From: Trichodelitschia bisporula | Taxonomy: Eukaryota | Direction: 5' to 3' | DNA length: 64,000 nucleotides | Assembly: GCA_010356995.1 (NCBI GenBank) | Contig: ML996689.1 | Coordinates: 1-64,000 of the forward strand | Part shown: positions 11,782 to 23,010 of the stretch, piece by piece | Numbering within the stretch: the first letter of the stretch is position 1 | Layout of the letters: each line of letters opens with the position of its first letter | Notes under the pieces: model-generated | Told to the model about the DNA's origin: nothing | Database searches by the model: none | What the model saw: the letters and a program-made list of their open reading frames with translations, nothing else | Made by a program: the position numbers and the translations under genes

Positions 11782-12798
11782 ATAAGCGAAGCGAGATGGT
11801 ATCCTAATGAGGTCTACGACGGGTTTTTGGCGTTGGTGCGACGTTTTCTGGGTCTATTGACAATGCTGTTGGGTTAGCTCGAATACCACGCTCTGATGCC
11901 TCCTCATCCTCAGTGCATGTGATGTTCCCTACAACGATATCTGTTGACTGTCGACTGGAAGCAACCGACTAGCAACCCTGGAGTACTTCGGCAAAGGCAA
12001 AGAGGTGGTGTTTTCCATGTCTTGCTCTGGGCAAGGTCAACTTTGCAGAGCTGCCTGCGGATAAAGTATCCTATCGGATAAGCAATAGTCGTGCCTCTTT
12101 TTGAGCTGCAGACTGCAGTACTTCCCTGGGGGCACTGGCGCGCACATGATCATGTTCCGATGCCCAACTCTCAAGGTACAAGATCACCGAGCACTGAGGA
12201 GAGAGTGGGGGGGAAGACGGGAGAAAGAGCAGAGCATGGCACAAATCCGGCCAACAACACGGTACCAGTTTTCCTGGACCCCCAATCCGCTCCCCGTGGC
12301 CCTGGTCCACCACAATCATGGTCTGCCCAGTGCAGCACCGACTGCACCGTACCTTGCCAGCAATCGAGAACGACCAGTATGCTGCCACAGCGATTGCTGC
12401 TGCCTCCAGGTATTGCAGACGGCCGCCTTCCCCAAAGCGCCCCATCAATCGCTGTACCCGTGCTGCTGGGGAAGGAGTTGGACGCCGCGGCTGGGAAGAA
12501 ATCGTGGAAATCGACTTCTTGCAACGCAGCGACGATGTGCAGACGCGGCAACGCTCGTCTGCTCGACTTTCCCAAACACTGCTGGGCCTTCCTAATGGAC
12601 TACCATGTACCCTGTGGATGTTTACTTAAGAATAGTGCCTTCTTCAGTACAGAGGCGACAGCAGGTCATATAAGCGGCGTCCGCCCGTGCCTTTACTCCG
12701 CGTGTCTTTCCCAGCCGTCCGACTTCGGGTTCTCATCATATTATTTTCTATTCTTCCCTTTTCTTGGAAGTTCCATTGATCAACTTAGCTACATTATC

Positions 12799-14147
12799 AT
12801 GGAGGACAACAGCAGTGTGCCGGACGTCAGCCCGCAAGAGGGTCTGTTGAGCGCGTCAGCTAAATGCAAGTTCCAACACTGATTAACAGCAGACGCAAGG
12901 CCACCCGTACCTCCGGCCGTGGATCAAGAATGCTCCGGATGCCAGCAGACGAAAGATCTTTCTGAGTTTTCTGGTCACAAAACGTGCGACGCGTGCCGGA
13001 AACAGGATCGCAAATATCGTGAAGTAAGCGAAGGTCTCGGTACGTGGCTATTGCTGAGCAGATACAAGCGAAAACGTAAAGGTTTGAAAAATGGCAAGTT
13101 CTGCAGCAGCTGCAGGAAGACGAAAGATCCTTCTGAGTTTTCTGGTCACAAAACGTGCGACGCGTGTCGAGAAAGGGGTCACGAGGTAAGCGAAGGCTTC
13201 GCTGAGTGACTATTACTGAGAAGGTATGAGCGAACGCTGAAAGGACTGGGAAATGGCAACTTCTGCAACCGATGCCACAAGACCAAAGATCCCTCTGAGT
13301 TTTCTGGTTACCGAACTTGCGATACGTGTCGGGAAAAATCTCGGGAGGATCGCGAGGTAAGCGAAGACCTCGCTGCGTAGCTATTGCTGAGAAGATATAA
13401 GCGAAAGCGGGAAGGATTGGAAGATGACAATTTCTGCACCGGCTGCGGGAAGACGAAAGATTCTTCTGAGTTTTCTGGTCACAAAACATGCGACGCGTGT
13501 CGGGAAAGAGATCGCGAGGTAAGCGAAGGTCTCGCTGAGTGACTATTACTGAGAAGGTACCCGTATAAGCGAATGCAGAAAAAAATGGAAAATGGCAGCT
13601 TCTGCACCGGTTGCAAGAAGATGAAAGATCCTTCTGAGTTTTCCGGTTACAAAACGTGCGACCCGTGTCGGGAAAGGGATCGCGAGGTAAGCGAAGGCCT
13701 CGCTCCGTAGCTATTGCTGAGAGGATATCAGCGGAAGCGAGCAGAGAAAGCTACAAACTGGTTCTGCTTCGGATGCCACAATAGGAAACCTTCTTCCCAG
13801 TTTTCGGATTACGAAATGTGCGCCGCGTGTCATGAAAAGGATGAGAAGGTAAGCGAGGCCTCACGACGTGGATAGTACTGAGAAGATGCAAGCGATGGGG
13901 GGAAAAGGCATCAATTGGCCAACAGGAGCAGGCCGTGCAGGCCGAGCAGGCAACTCCGCTGCCCCCTTCATTGCCTTCATTAGGTCACTCTCCACCGCCC
14001 TCACTGTCTTCACCGGATCCGTTTTCATTTCTGCCTCCGCCAACTCTGTATTTCGCGGATGCGGCACCCAAGGCCGGCACGCCTATCGATACTGCAGCTG
14101 CCGATCCAGCCGACAATCAATCGAAGTCCGGCCGCACCAGTGAGTAA
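12799..14147 (+). CDS. Six-module C4 zinc-finger repeat protein, one finger per exon (~341 aa)
   Basis: Exons 12799-12841, 12890-13023, 13069-13185, 13231-13356, 13402-13518, 13570-13686, 13732-13848 and 13893-14147 splice into one open frame. Module consensus FCxxCxKxKDxSEFSG(H/Y)KTCDxCRE. Introns GTAAGC..CTGAG..AG. TATAAG at 12669. The 3' end is uncertain (alternative GTGAGT donor near 14139). Confidence 0.8.
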
Positions 14148-15640
14148 CTCCGCCTTGGGCTTAGTAGTCCAGTAGCCACACCCGGAGAAGAGGTAGTTGC
14201 CTATGAACTTCTATCTTCCGAGTATGTCGGTTAGGCGTCGGGGGGCACTTGGAGAACTGCAAAGGCTTTCGTTTCACATCTCAACGGCGAAGAAAGCATT
14301 CATTGCTTCTGGAATGAAGAAGAGAATGGTTCAGGGTGTATATTTTGAATCGAGTCGTCTTTTCGCAAAGGCACCGGCTTCCGAGCTTGCTCCTTAATCC
14401 AAATAAGTGTTACGGGATGAAGTCGCCCAGGCCCGACTCAACCCATACCGCATTCCGCCTCGCACTCAAGGTAACATTGCCGAAACGGTTGAGTGCCGAT
14501 TGAATATGCACATTGTCAGCTCATAAAGAAATGCGTCCAGTCTTTACCTATACAACAGATGACATGCACCTCTGTGGGTTCGAGCAGTGGACTGTGTCAG
14601 ACAGGGCGGGGAAGCATGGCTAAACAAAAACTTACATCTAGGCCATTGGCTGATGAAAAAAGAGTCTGAACGGGGTATGAAGGTTAAAGGGAAATCAAAG
14701 AAGCAACCAAGCCAAATCTCATGACTGCTTCTGGAGTCCAACGTACAGCTGGAAAGCATGAGACTGATGTTAGAGCAGACTCCAACCATCGAGAACCCTT
14801 TCCGCCTTTCCGTACTGTACGGAGGTAGACTTTCAGCATTCCATCAAGCGGCTGCATCACCAACCTCTGCACTCCAATATATTGGCACCTCTCAAAATAC
14901 GTTCTAACAATTCGCATGCCAACCTCGCGGCCCTGCATCGATATCCCCTCCCTTCGAGCTGCAGCAGGCGACAAGAGACAAAAATATCTTGAAAGGTGAA
15001 GCGCGACAAGCGTTGCCTCCCCCATGTTCAGCCCTATGGTGAAATTGCCTTCACAGTTTGGCGGCCCGTCGTTTGGACAACACCCTGCATCACGCAGCGT
15101 TCTCCATTCGCTGTGCCCGCATGCAAAGCTCCCATCAAGCAAGCAGCCATCAACGGCTCTACGAGCGACGAAAGCCACAGCTGTTGATGCGGAGAAGCAG
15201 CCCTCACAACTTCCCGCTGCAGGTATCCACCGGGTCTCACTGCTTCTCCTTCCGCCGTTAGTGGAGTTATTTTTGGGTGTGTGGGCGGCTTGCATATCAG
15301 CCACTCAGGCTGTATGCATCACGACGCTCGAGTCACATTTCCAGAAGCATTGGCGCCGTGCGGGGTCGACACTTGGCATTTCGTCGGAAGTGATCGGGTC
15401 AGGTTAATGGAGGGGCACTGAAAGAGCACTGTGGGAACACCGGGAATGGCTCCTGAAGATAGCGGGAGACGGGCGCAGTTGACAATCAACGTTCTTCAGC
15501 GATTCGATTGAGCGCACTATTATCCGCCGTCGAGCATAGCCGACGCGCGTCTACCAGCTTCCTAATTATTTCCCCAAAAAGCAGGTGGTAATGCCCCAAC
15601 GCCAGTGCCAAACGCCAGCCCTCTTGGACAAATTAGGCGA

Positions 15641-16352
15641 TTACTTCTCTTCCATCTTGATCTTCTCCTGCGCGAGTTTAACCTCGCCGTGCAAGATTCT
15701 CAAAAACTTGCGAAGCGTCTCCACACCATTGCTGCTTTTACGCCGCCGCCCGCCTTCAGAGTCCTCCTCCTCAACCTCCGCTTCGCCCTCCTCCTCCTCG
15801 GCCAGCACCTCAATGGTCCGCCGCAGCTTGTCGTAAGCCGCGCTGAGCTCCGAGTGCGACGCCTCCAGCGAGCGGTACTTGCCCGTCAGGTCAGCGAGCT
15901 GCGACTCGAGCTCACGCGCGTGCTTCTCCTTGCGCTCGCGAAACGCGCGCTGCGCAGCGCGATTTTGGGCTCTTCGGCGCTGGGTCTGTTAGCTTTTTGT
16001 CACTCTGCTGGGAGAATTGAAGGCTTACCCCACTCGTCGTGTGTCCCGTCGCCACGCCGCCCACACTGCGTACCAGGGGCACTGAGGCCGTGGTAATTGG
16101 GCTGCCGTACGGGCTCAGGTCCTCGTCTGCGGAGCCGAAGTCGCTGGCGGTGGGGGTGAGGGGTTGCAAGGGGAAGGAGAAGGGGAGGGAGTCTGGTTGC
16201 GGAGCAAGAGGGGCGTAGGGCGGGGTGTAGATGTGCGAAGGGAAGAACTCGAAGTCGGAGCGGGGGGAGATGTCGGCGGGGAGGGAGTACATGTCTGGCG
16301 ACGAGGAGTAGGGATTTGAGGTGAAGATGTAGTCGAGCGTCTGGGTCTCCAT
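15641..16352 (-). CDS. AP-1/YAP-like bZIP transcription factor
   Basis: Pro/Ser-rich exon 1, intron ~16028-15980 (gtaagc..ctaac..cag), then RRRAQNRAAQRAFRERKEKH, leucine zipper, acidic stretch and stop MEEK*. Confidence 0.9.
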
Positions 16353-19300
16353 TGCTGGGTAGGTTGGGTGAGTGTTTGGTGTGAGGGGTGGTTGATTATG
16401 AGGTAGTGATGGGATTGAGAGTGGGTGAGATGAGAGAAGTGGAGGCGAGTGAAAGAGTATTATACTTTTGGTGGGGAAGAATTGGACTTGCTGGTAAGGC
16501 TGATGATGAGTTCGAGGCTCCAGCGGCGGCCCGGCTTTATATCTTCAACTTCCAATATCGTCCCCCTCAACGCCGGTCACGCCTGCTCAGCCGGAGATGC
16601 ATTCGTCTGCGCCGCTGACAGGGAGCATCCGCCGGGGTGTACACTGATTAGCTCCCCGTGCTGGACAAGCAGCAGGGTTCGCAGAAGCAAAGGAAGCAGG
16701 CCAGATTGTCTTGCCCAAACACGGAGAGAAACAGTCGTCGGGTGCATATTCCACCCGGCCTGGCACTGCAGCACGCAACCTGCACACTGCAAGAGAAGAC
16801 CAAAGAAGGCACGGACGCACGAATGGTGTGCTGGCGGGTTTGTAACGGCGTTAGCGAAGGTTCAAGTGCCGGCTTCTCTGCAGCAACGTCCGCCCCGTAG
16901 GGCTGCCAGCCGCCTCCCCTCACTCCCCCTCCATCTCTTTACTGTACCAACCACCTTCGAGCCTCCAACCCAAACAAGCGTAGCAAGCAACCCTCCCCCA
17001 GCTAGCCAAGAGCCTTACCTAAGGGCCTGCAGCATGACAAACTCAGGCACTCTTGCCGACGGTGGATTATGTATTCACTCAATCCCGTGGGCCATGGCCG
17101 ATCCAGCAACCGTGCTGAGTTAGCACCATGACATAGCAGCAGTGGTGCTCATCTCGCAACTACGTCATGCAGTCGTATTCTCGCGTACCGTCGTCCTGTT
17201 CTCGTCAGTCTACTGTGCCGACATTCCGCAATGACACACTGGCCGTGGTGGGCAGTCGGCTCCGAGGCCGTTCGGCCGCGGAGATACCTTCCCCATGTCC
17301 GACACTCGGTGATAGAGCAGGAGATTCCACGAAAAAGCCGTTTCGGTCTTGCGCCCGAGCCAGCCAGTGGCAACTCGCCTTTGCCCGCAGCTGTACGAAG
17401 CACCCCGCAGCGCCAACGTCGCGTCCCTACCGTACTCTCCTGCACACCTCAATCCGTTATCGCGACGACCCATCCCGGCCACGGGATCATGTGCCCCGTC
17501 GCTCAGTCCACAGCCCTACGCCCTGCAACCCAGTCCGCCCCGTCCCGCTCATGCCATTCACCATCACCAATCCCAAGCTCGGCAGTCAAGCTAGCAGGCA
17601 AGTACCAGCGGACACTCCCTCCGCTCCCAGGACCCCCGCACTTCCCGCCAAGCCTCGACGGCCCATGATTCGCTAGCCCTACGCCCATGCCGCGAAGCGG
17701 TGTGCGGCCCGCCAATCGTTTGTCCCGGCCAACGACGCGTCGCGCTGCAGTCCGCTTGGTCAGAGCGGGGTGGACGCGGTATTGCACTCTGGCGATGGAG
17801 AACACTGGCGAGACGGAGGGGGGCCCCTGGAGGGGGTTCGGGATGGAACCCAAGGAAGGCGAGTCGAAGGAACAGAACGGAGGACGAAGGGGTCGATGGG
17901 AGTGGACGCTAGGAATGGAGACTCAGCCCTACGGCTCTAGGGCGGCTTGGGACTTGATAGGGCTGCGGGGTTCTGATGAGGGTCTTGCTAGATGATGTGC
18001 TGGCGGGTTTTGAGAGGGCTAGCCGAAGAAGCCTGGCCGGCAGTTGCGCTACGGCGTATTGTGCGTCCTGGGTGGCGTTTGAGGTCGTAGATTGTACGAA
18101 GTAGGTATGGGATGGGGCTGGACGATAGGGGCGGTGCAAAAAGCGACGATGGAAATGTGTGGTGCGGGTTTGTTGTCACAGTGCATCCGCTCCGCACTTC
18201 GGCGGCCGTTGCAGCCGCACTTGCCGCTGCAGTTGCCGCTGCGGTTGCACCCGTGCGTCCGTGCTTTCCCCAGTGTTGCGAGTCGTAGGGGGGGCTATGA
18301 CGTCAACCTCCCTCGGTGAATCGGTGCTCGGCCGGAGGGCTCGGGGCGTGTCGGACTCGGGAACGGGCACGAGGCATGCGGAGGTATTCCAAAGCCCTTT
18401 GCAGACGGAATGGGTACGAGAGAGCGATGAATAACGTGCATGGCTCCGTGGAGCGGGCCGGGGTCGATTGATTGCTGGCTGCGGGCAGCGACTTAGCGAC
18501 GCTCGCTTGCACCGGTTGCAACCTCGCACTCCAACCGGCTTTGTCACTGTTTGCGCCCCGGGATTTGCTGTCCCGCCGCCGAAGTACGGAGTCTATCTCC
18601 ACGACGCCTTGTCTGCATGCCAGCCTATATTCGGACACTTTCTCCCGCACAATAGCAGCAGCTGATTACGCCTCATTGGGCTGGAAGATCTAGCCAAGGA
18701 CAACGACCCGGCGTAGCGGGCCCTGCAACTAAAGGACTGCGGGAGAGCAGCAGGGTAACTGGCGCCGTAGCAGCGTCCAATCCGCACGACCACCAACAGC
18801 AGGCCGGCAACCAGCCAATTACGATGCCCACTCACATGCGGTTTGTTGTCTACTATTGGTTCTTTCCAGGAGTTGCTTTTGCACTGTTTCGCTGACGAGC
18901 TCACGTGCGGCGGCTCGTCCGGCTGCGTCTGCCCGGCGTGAACACCAGAAGGATGAAGCGAGAGTAGTACAAGCCGATTGCCGCCTTCTACAGCGGGCAG
19001 GATACGCGAGGAAGCCTGTGCCGCTTGTACCCCAGCCTTCTTTGGTTGCTGGGGACGGGCCGGTGCTGATGAATCTCACAGGGGCCCCTTGGGCCATAGG
19101 GCTGTAGGGCTGATGAGCGCTATTGAGGGCTAGACATCATGAGACGGGGATGGCTGGTTGTGTTGACCGCCTGTTGGATGACAGAAGGCCAATCATGGCG
19201 AGCCGCTGGAGCGTGTGGATTGGATGGATAGTGTGGAATGGAGATGGAGGGCTTCATTTCATGCTTGCGGACTGTCGTTGCGGTAGAAGATGTGGGAGCC

Positions 19301-19668
19301 GTCGGCATAACCACCAATGTCGATCTTCTTGCCTCGCGGCAGAGTGAGGGTGAGATGAGATCTGACTCCATTGTATAGATCTGACTTTGGTCTCGATCTT
19401 CCTGCGAAGATGCCAGCCTTTGACTCGAATAGAACGACCGCGGATAAGGGGGACAGAGGGATTGAGACGACGTCTTACACGAGTATTTGTTTCAATATCA
19501 AAGCGGGAGATGATGACGCGTTGAAGGCGCCTCTATTAGACCCTCAAATGAGAAGACCGAATGAGACGATGGAAAAAGCTTTTTGCCAATACTCACTCAG
19601 GTGACTCGAGAAGAGGAGGTCGCCATCTCCTCGAGGGCAACCATGGCGCCCCGTAAGGATTATCTCAC

Positions 19669-20790
19669 TCAGAAGAGCCCACTGACCAGCTGCTCCACCT
19701 CCGCAAACCCCTCCGCGCCAAGCTCCAGGCCTGTTCCACGCCGAACAATAATCTCCAACTGATCCCCTCCGACTCCATAGTCGGCCAGCGTCCCGTAGAG
19801 ATCCACCGTCCTCACGAGCTGCAAAATGGCATCGCCAAACGCCTCCGCATCCTGCTTGTCGTCACCCTTGCTGATCCCTACCGCTCGCGCCAGTCTCGCA
19901 ATCTGTCCCGCCGCTGGACCCTGCGCCTTGAGCTTGACAACATGGCCGAGCGTCAACGTACTGGTGATGCCGTGAGGTATGCCGTACGGCGATCCGAGCG
20001 CGTACCCCAGCGTGTGGCTCAGCCCGATCGAGCCTTTGAGATTGAGACCCAGAAACGCGAGCGAGTGGTATGCCGCCAAATGCATGCGAGCCATAACGTC
20101 GTCGGTCGCGCCAGCCTGATACTGCGGCAGGAGATGGAAGAGGCTCCGCGCCGCTTCGATGGCCATCACCTTGCTCGTCTCGGATGCGTATGGGTTGTAC
20201 ATTGTCTCCACCGCGTGGTCAAGTGCACGAAACGCTGTTGATTTCCACAGCCGCGGCGGCGTATGCCTTGCGAAGCTGACATCGTAGAGGATGGTCTTCG
20301 GTGAAATGTTTGGATGCGCCAGACGCGACTTCACGCCCTCTTCATTGGTGTAGCCTGCACCGCAGGTGCACTCTGCTGCGCTGAGTGTCGTGGGAATGGC
20401 AATATGCGTCAGCCAACGGCCGGTCGCCTCGTGGAAGCGGAAGACTGCCGCTTTTGTCGCATCAATAGGGGACCCGCCGCCGATGGAGAGAAGCGTGTCA
20501 ATGTCCGGCTGCGCGGTGATGGCGTCGATGAGGGCGTTGAGTTCGGCAATAGGCGTGTGCGCCGAGAGAGACGAAAATGTGCCGGCATGGTGGGTCCCTA
20601 GGCGCTGCTCGACAGCTTTGATTAGCGGAGTCTTGGTCGCGAGAGACTTGCCGGTGATGATGTAGGCCTTCGATGAGGGGGTCGGCAGCACTGAAAGGAG
20701 GTGCTTATCAACAGTGTCGGGACCGTAGTAGACGGCGTCGACGGCGAGGGGTTTCCATAGCCCAGAGAGGGGTTTGAGGGTTGACTCCAT
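19669..20790 (-). CDS. Iron-containing alcohol dehydrogenase / maleylacetate reductase-like
   Basis: Intronless 373 aa with SIGGGSPIDATK, IPTTLSAAE, RALDHAVE, GLSHTLGYALG and IPHG motifs. Confidence 0.92.
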   Translation of the reverse strand: MESTLKPLSGLWKPLAVDAVYYGPDTVDKHLLSVLPTPSSKAYIITGKSLATKTPLIKAVEQRLGTHHAGTFSSLSAHTPIAELNALIDAITAQPDIDTLLSIGGGSPIDATKAAVFRFHEATGRWLTHIAIPTTLSAAECTCGAGYTNEEGVKSRLAHPNISPKTILYDVSFARHTPPRLWKSTAFRALDHAVETMYNPYASETSKVMAIEAARSLFHLLPQYQAGATDDVMARMHLAAYHSLAFLGLNLKGSIGLSHTLGYALGSPYGIPHGITSTLTLGHVVKLKAQGPAAGQIARLARAVGISKGDDKQDAEAFGDAILQLVRTVDLYGTLADYGVGGDQLEIIVRRGTGLELGAEGFAEVEQLVSGLF

Positions 20791-21385
20791 GACGTGAATG
20801 CGTTTTCTGCTGCGAACGTGAGCGCTTCGTCCTTTGACTTTCTGTAAAGTTCAGTATACAGGCAACCTGCAGAGAGATCACGGTGGCGTCATTTTGCGGG
20901 GTAACGGCAGCAAGCGCGGAAGTGGGATAGCTCAAAAAGCGGGGGAGTGGGGTATCCGCCGAGAATTTTAGCCGACGTACGGTAGACAAACTTGCAGAAG
21001 TGGGCCATTGCGGCTGGTGTCTGCCCGTGCGCATCGTTATACCCGCCCGCCCGATACCGTACAACGCAGAACGTACATCCGTAGTATACCGTACATAGCC
21101 GTGGCCACTGGCCGCTCTACGTCACCGCCGGGTTGGACCGGGGTCGGCATTAGCCTGGCGATCGGATCGGGAAGTGTACCATTTGCGGCACGGATCACGG
21201 CTGGTGTACTGCAAGATCTTGACAGGCTCGGTAACCTTAGGTGTTGAGCCGAGTTCTCCATCAGACAAATGGAAAAGGTCGGAAGATGTCGAAGATTCAG
21301 CCTTGAGCTGAGAGCACCACCATGCAACTAAATGGCTAGACTTCTTCTACGGCGGTCGAGATGGCAACCTGGCTCCACGTTGGAA

Positions 21386-22317
21386 TTATGTTTGCGACCG
21401 CAGCATACCGATATGGACCACAAAGCCAGAACCCTCTTTCAAATCTGCCGTAAGCAGCGAGTCCGGCACTCTCCACGTCTCAAATGCAGCGTGAAAAGCG
21501 GCGAGCCAAGCCTCAAAGACGTCAAACGACCGTAGCTGCTGTGCGAAGATGCACACAGTGGGCTTCTCCGCGGGTGCCAGGTGGCAAATGTCGACGCAAG
21601 TGTCGACGAGCGGCGCGATGAGCGACTCGTTGTAGATGCAGTCGCAACACACGATGGCGCCAATGCCCTCGTCGACGAGACCCAGGTCAGTATACAGCGC
21701 CGCCACAGACGATGTTTCCCAATCGAGAGGGCGCACAGTGATGTTTGCGCGCTTCCCCTTCCCGCGCCCGGCATTGTCGGCAATATTCTGGCGCAGGTGC
21801 TTAAGCACATATTCCTGGTCGGTTGCGATATACGACGCCACCTGGGGCGCCAGGACTAGCGCAACGACACCTGCAACGCCGCATCCGAGCTCGAGCACAT
21901 GTGAAGTGCTATCGAGCAGCCCGGACGCGAATAAAAAATTGGACTCCACGGATAGCCACTGGGCAACCCTTGGCGTGACCTGCCAGACGACTGCGGGTCA
22001 GCACTGTCCCAGCGGGGGGGCGGGTTTGGATATGTATACCGGCGCCGGTGGTCCCCTCCTTGCGGCTGGAGGTGAGCAGGCCAGGTGACTGATGGATAAC
22101 CAGGTCGCGACCGCCAACGGTCAGCTCGACATCGGTGGCTTTCGCATCGACGAAGCCCAGGTTGTGGGAGGGCAGGTCCTGCGCGAAGACCACAAACGCC
22201 TCTGGTGAGAGTTAATATCTGCCAATCACTGAGTTACCACGGGGCCAAGAGAAGCAAATGAGCACCTTCGTCGGGGTCGGTTATTTGGGGTCCTAGACAG
22301 GCAGACAATCTATCCAT
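21386..22317 (-). CDS. SAM-dependent protein-lysine methyltransferase (METTL21/Rkm5-like)
   Basis: Exons 22317-22266, 22201-22040, 21990-21386. QSPGLLTSSRKEGTTGAVVWQ, VLELGCGVAG, ATDQ, LDWE, CDCIYNE. Confidence 0.88.
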
Positions 22318-23010
22318 GACGCCAGGCGGGGTAGGTATCTTTTTGTCGGGAAAAGAGATGCTGTGGGAGTGGCAGTTGGCGGGAGGGCGGGCGACAGGGA
22401 AGAAGGGCGTCGTGTGCTTTCCGTCGTGACGTTTCCGAAGATGGGACAAAATGAGGCCGACAGATGAATCGGAGGCGTCTTGTCTTTTTCCATGAGCATC
22501 AGCACACACTTGTGACGGGTGATGCTCACCCAGTAAGAGAGTTCTGACCCGACCCACTCACCAACTCACCCCAACAAACCCTCAACAAACGCAAAACCCA
22601 TCCACCAATACACCAGCCACTCTTGGGAAAGTCGGTGGCTTGACGATACACACTCGCTGACTGGCTCACTTGTGGCTCGGCTTGGCTTGGCTTGGCTTGG
22701 ATCTGGGGAAAGCTCCCGTAACAGTTGCCAGGCTCCCAGGTCCTTGCCCGCTTCAACTTGCAGAAGTGCTTTCTGACCTTTCCGAAAGAGCCATTTATCT
22801 GCCTGTTCCAACACCTCCAACACACCCCCTCCCCCCCTACGTACACCCATCAACCTTACATCCTGCCACATAACCTGGTTGGAAATCCTTTCCGTCTAAC
22901 CGTCATCTTCCTCCAACAGATTCAGGCTGCAAGAGTTCGTCGCGTTCATCGTCCCGCTTCTCTTTGCTCTTCTCTGCTTCACCACTAGCCCCAAGCGGCC
23001 TCATCTAGCC

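Noticed and set aside
12860..13489. 209-aa antisense ORF across the zinc-finger repeats
   Set aside because: By-product of the repeat; splice signals, TATA and the conserved Cys pattern all lie on the + strand.
12919..13892. Repeat-spacer appearance suggesting a CRISPR array
   Set aside because: Eukaryotic context, the 'spacers' are homologous coding exons, and there are no cas genes.
12460..15590. Possible degenerate inverted repeats (12460-12495 vs 15540-15585) and decayed ORFs at 14200-15300, which would place the zinc-finger gene inside a DNA transposon
   Set aside because: Similarity is weak and gapped, and no transposase motif is recognisable; needs an alignment to test.
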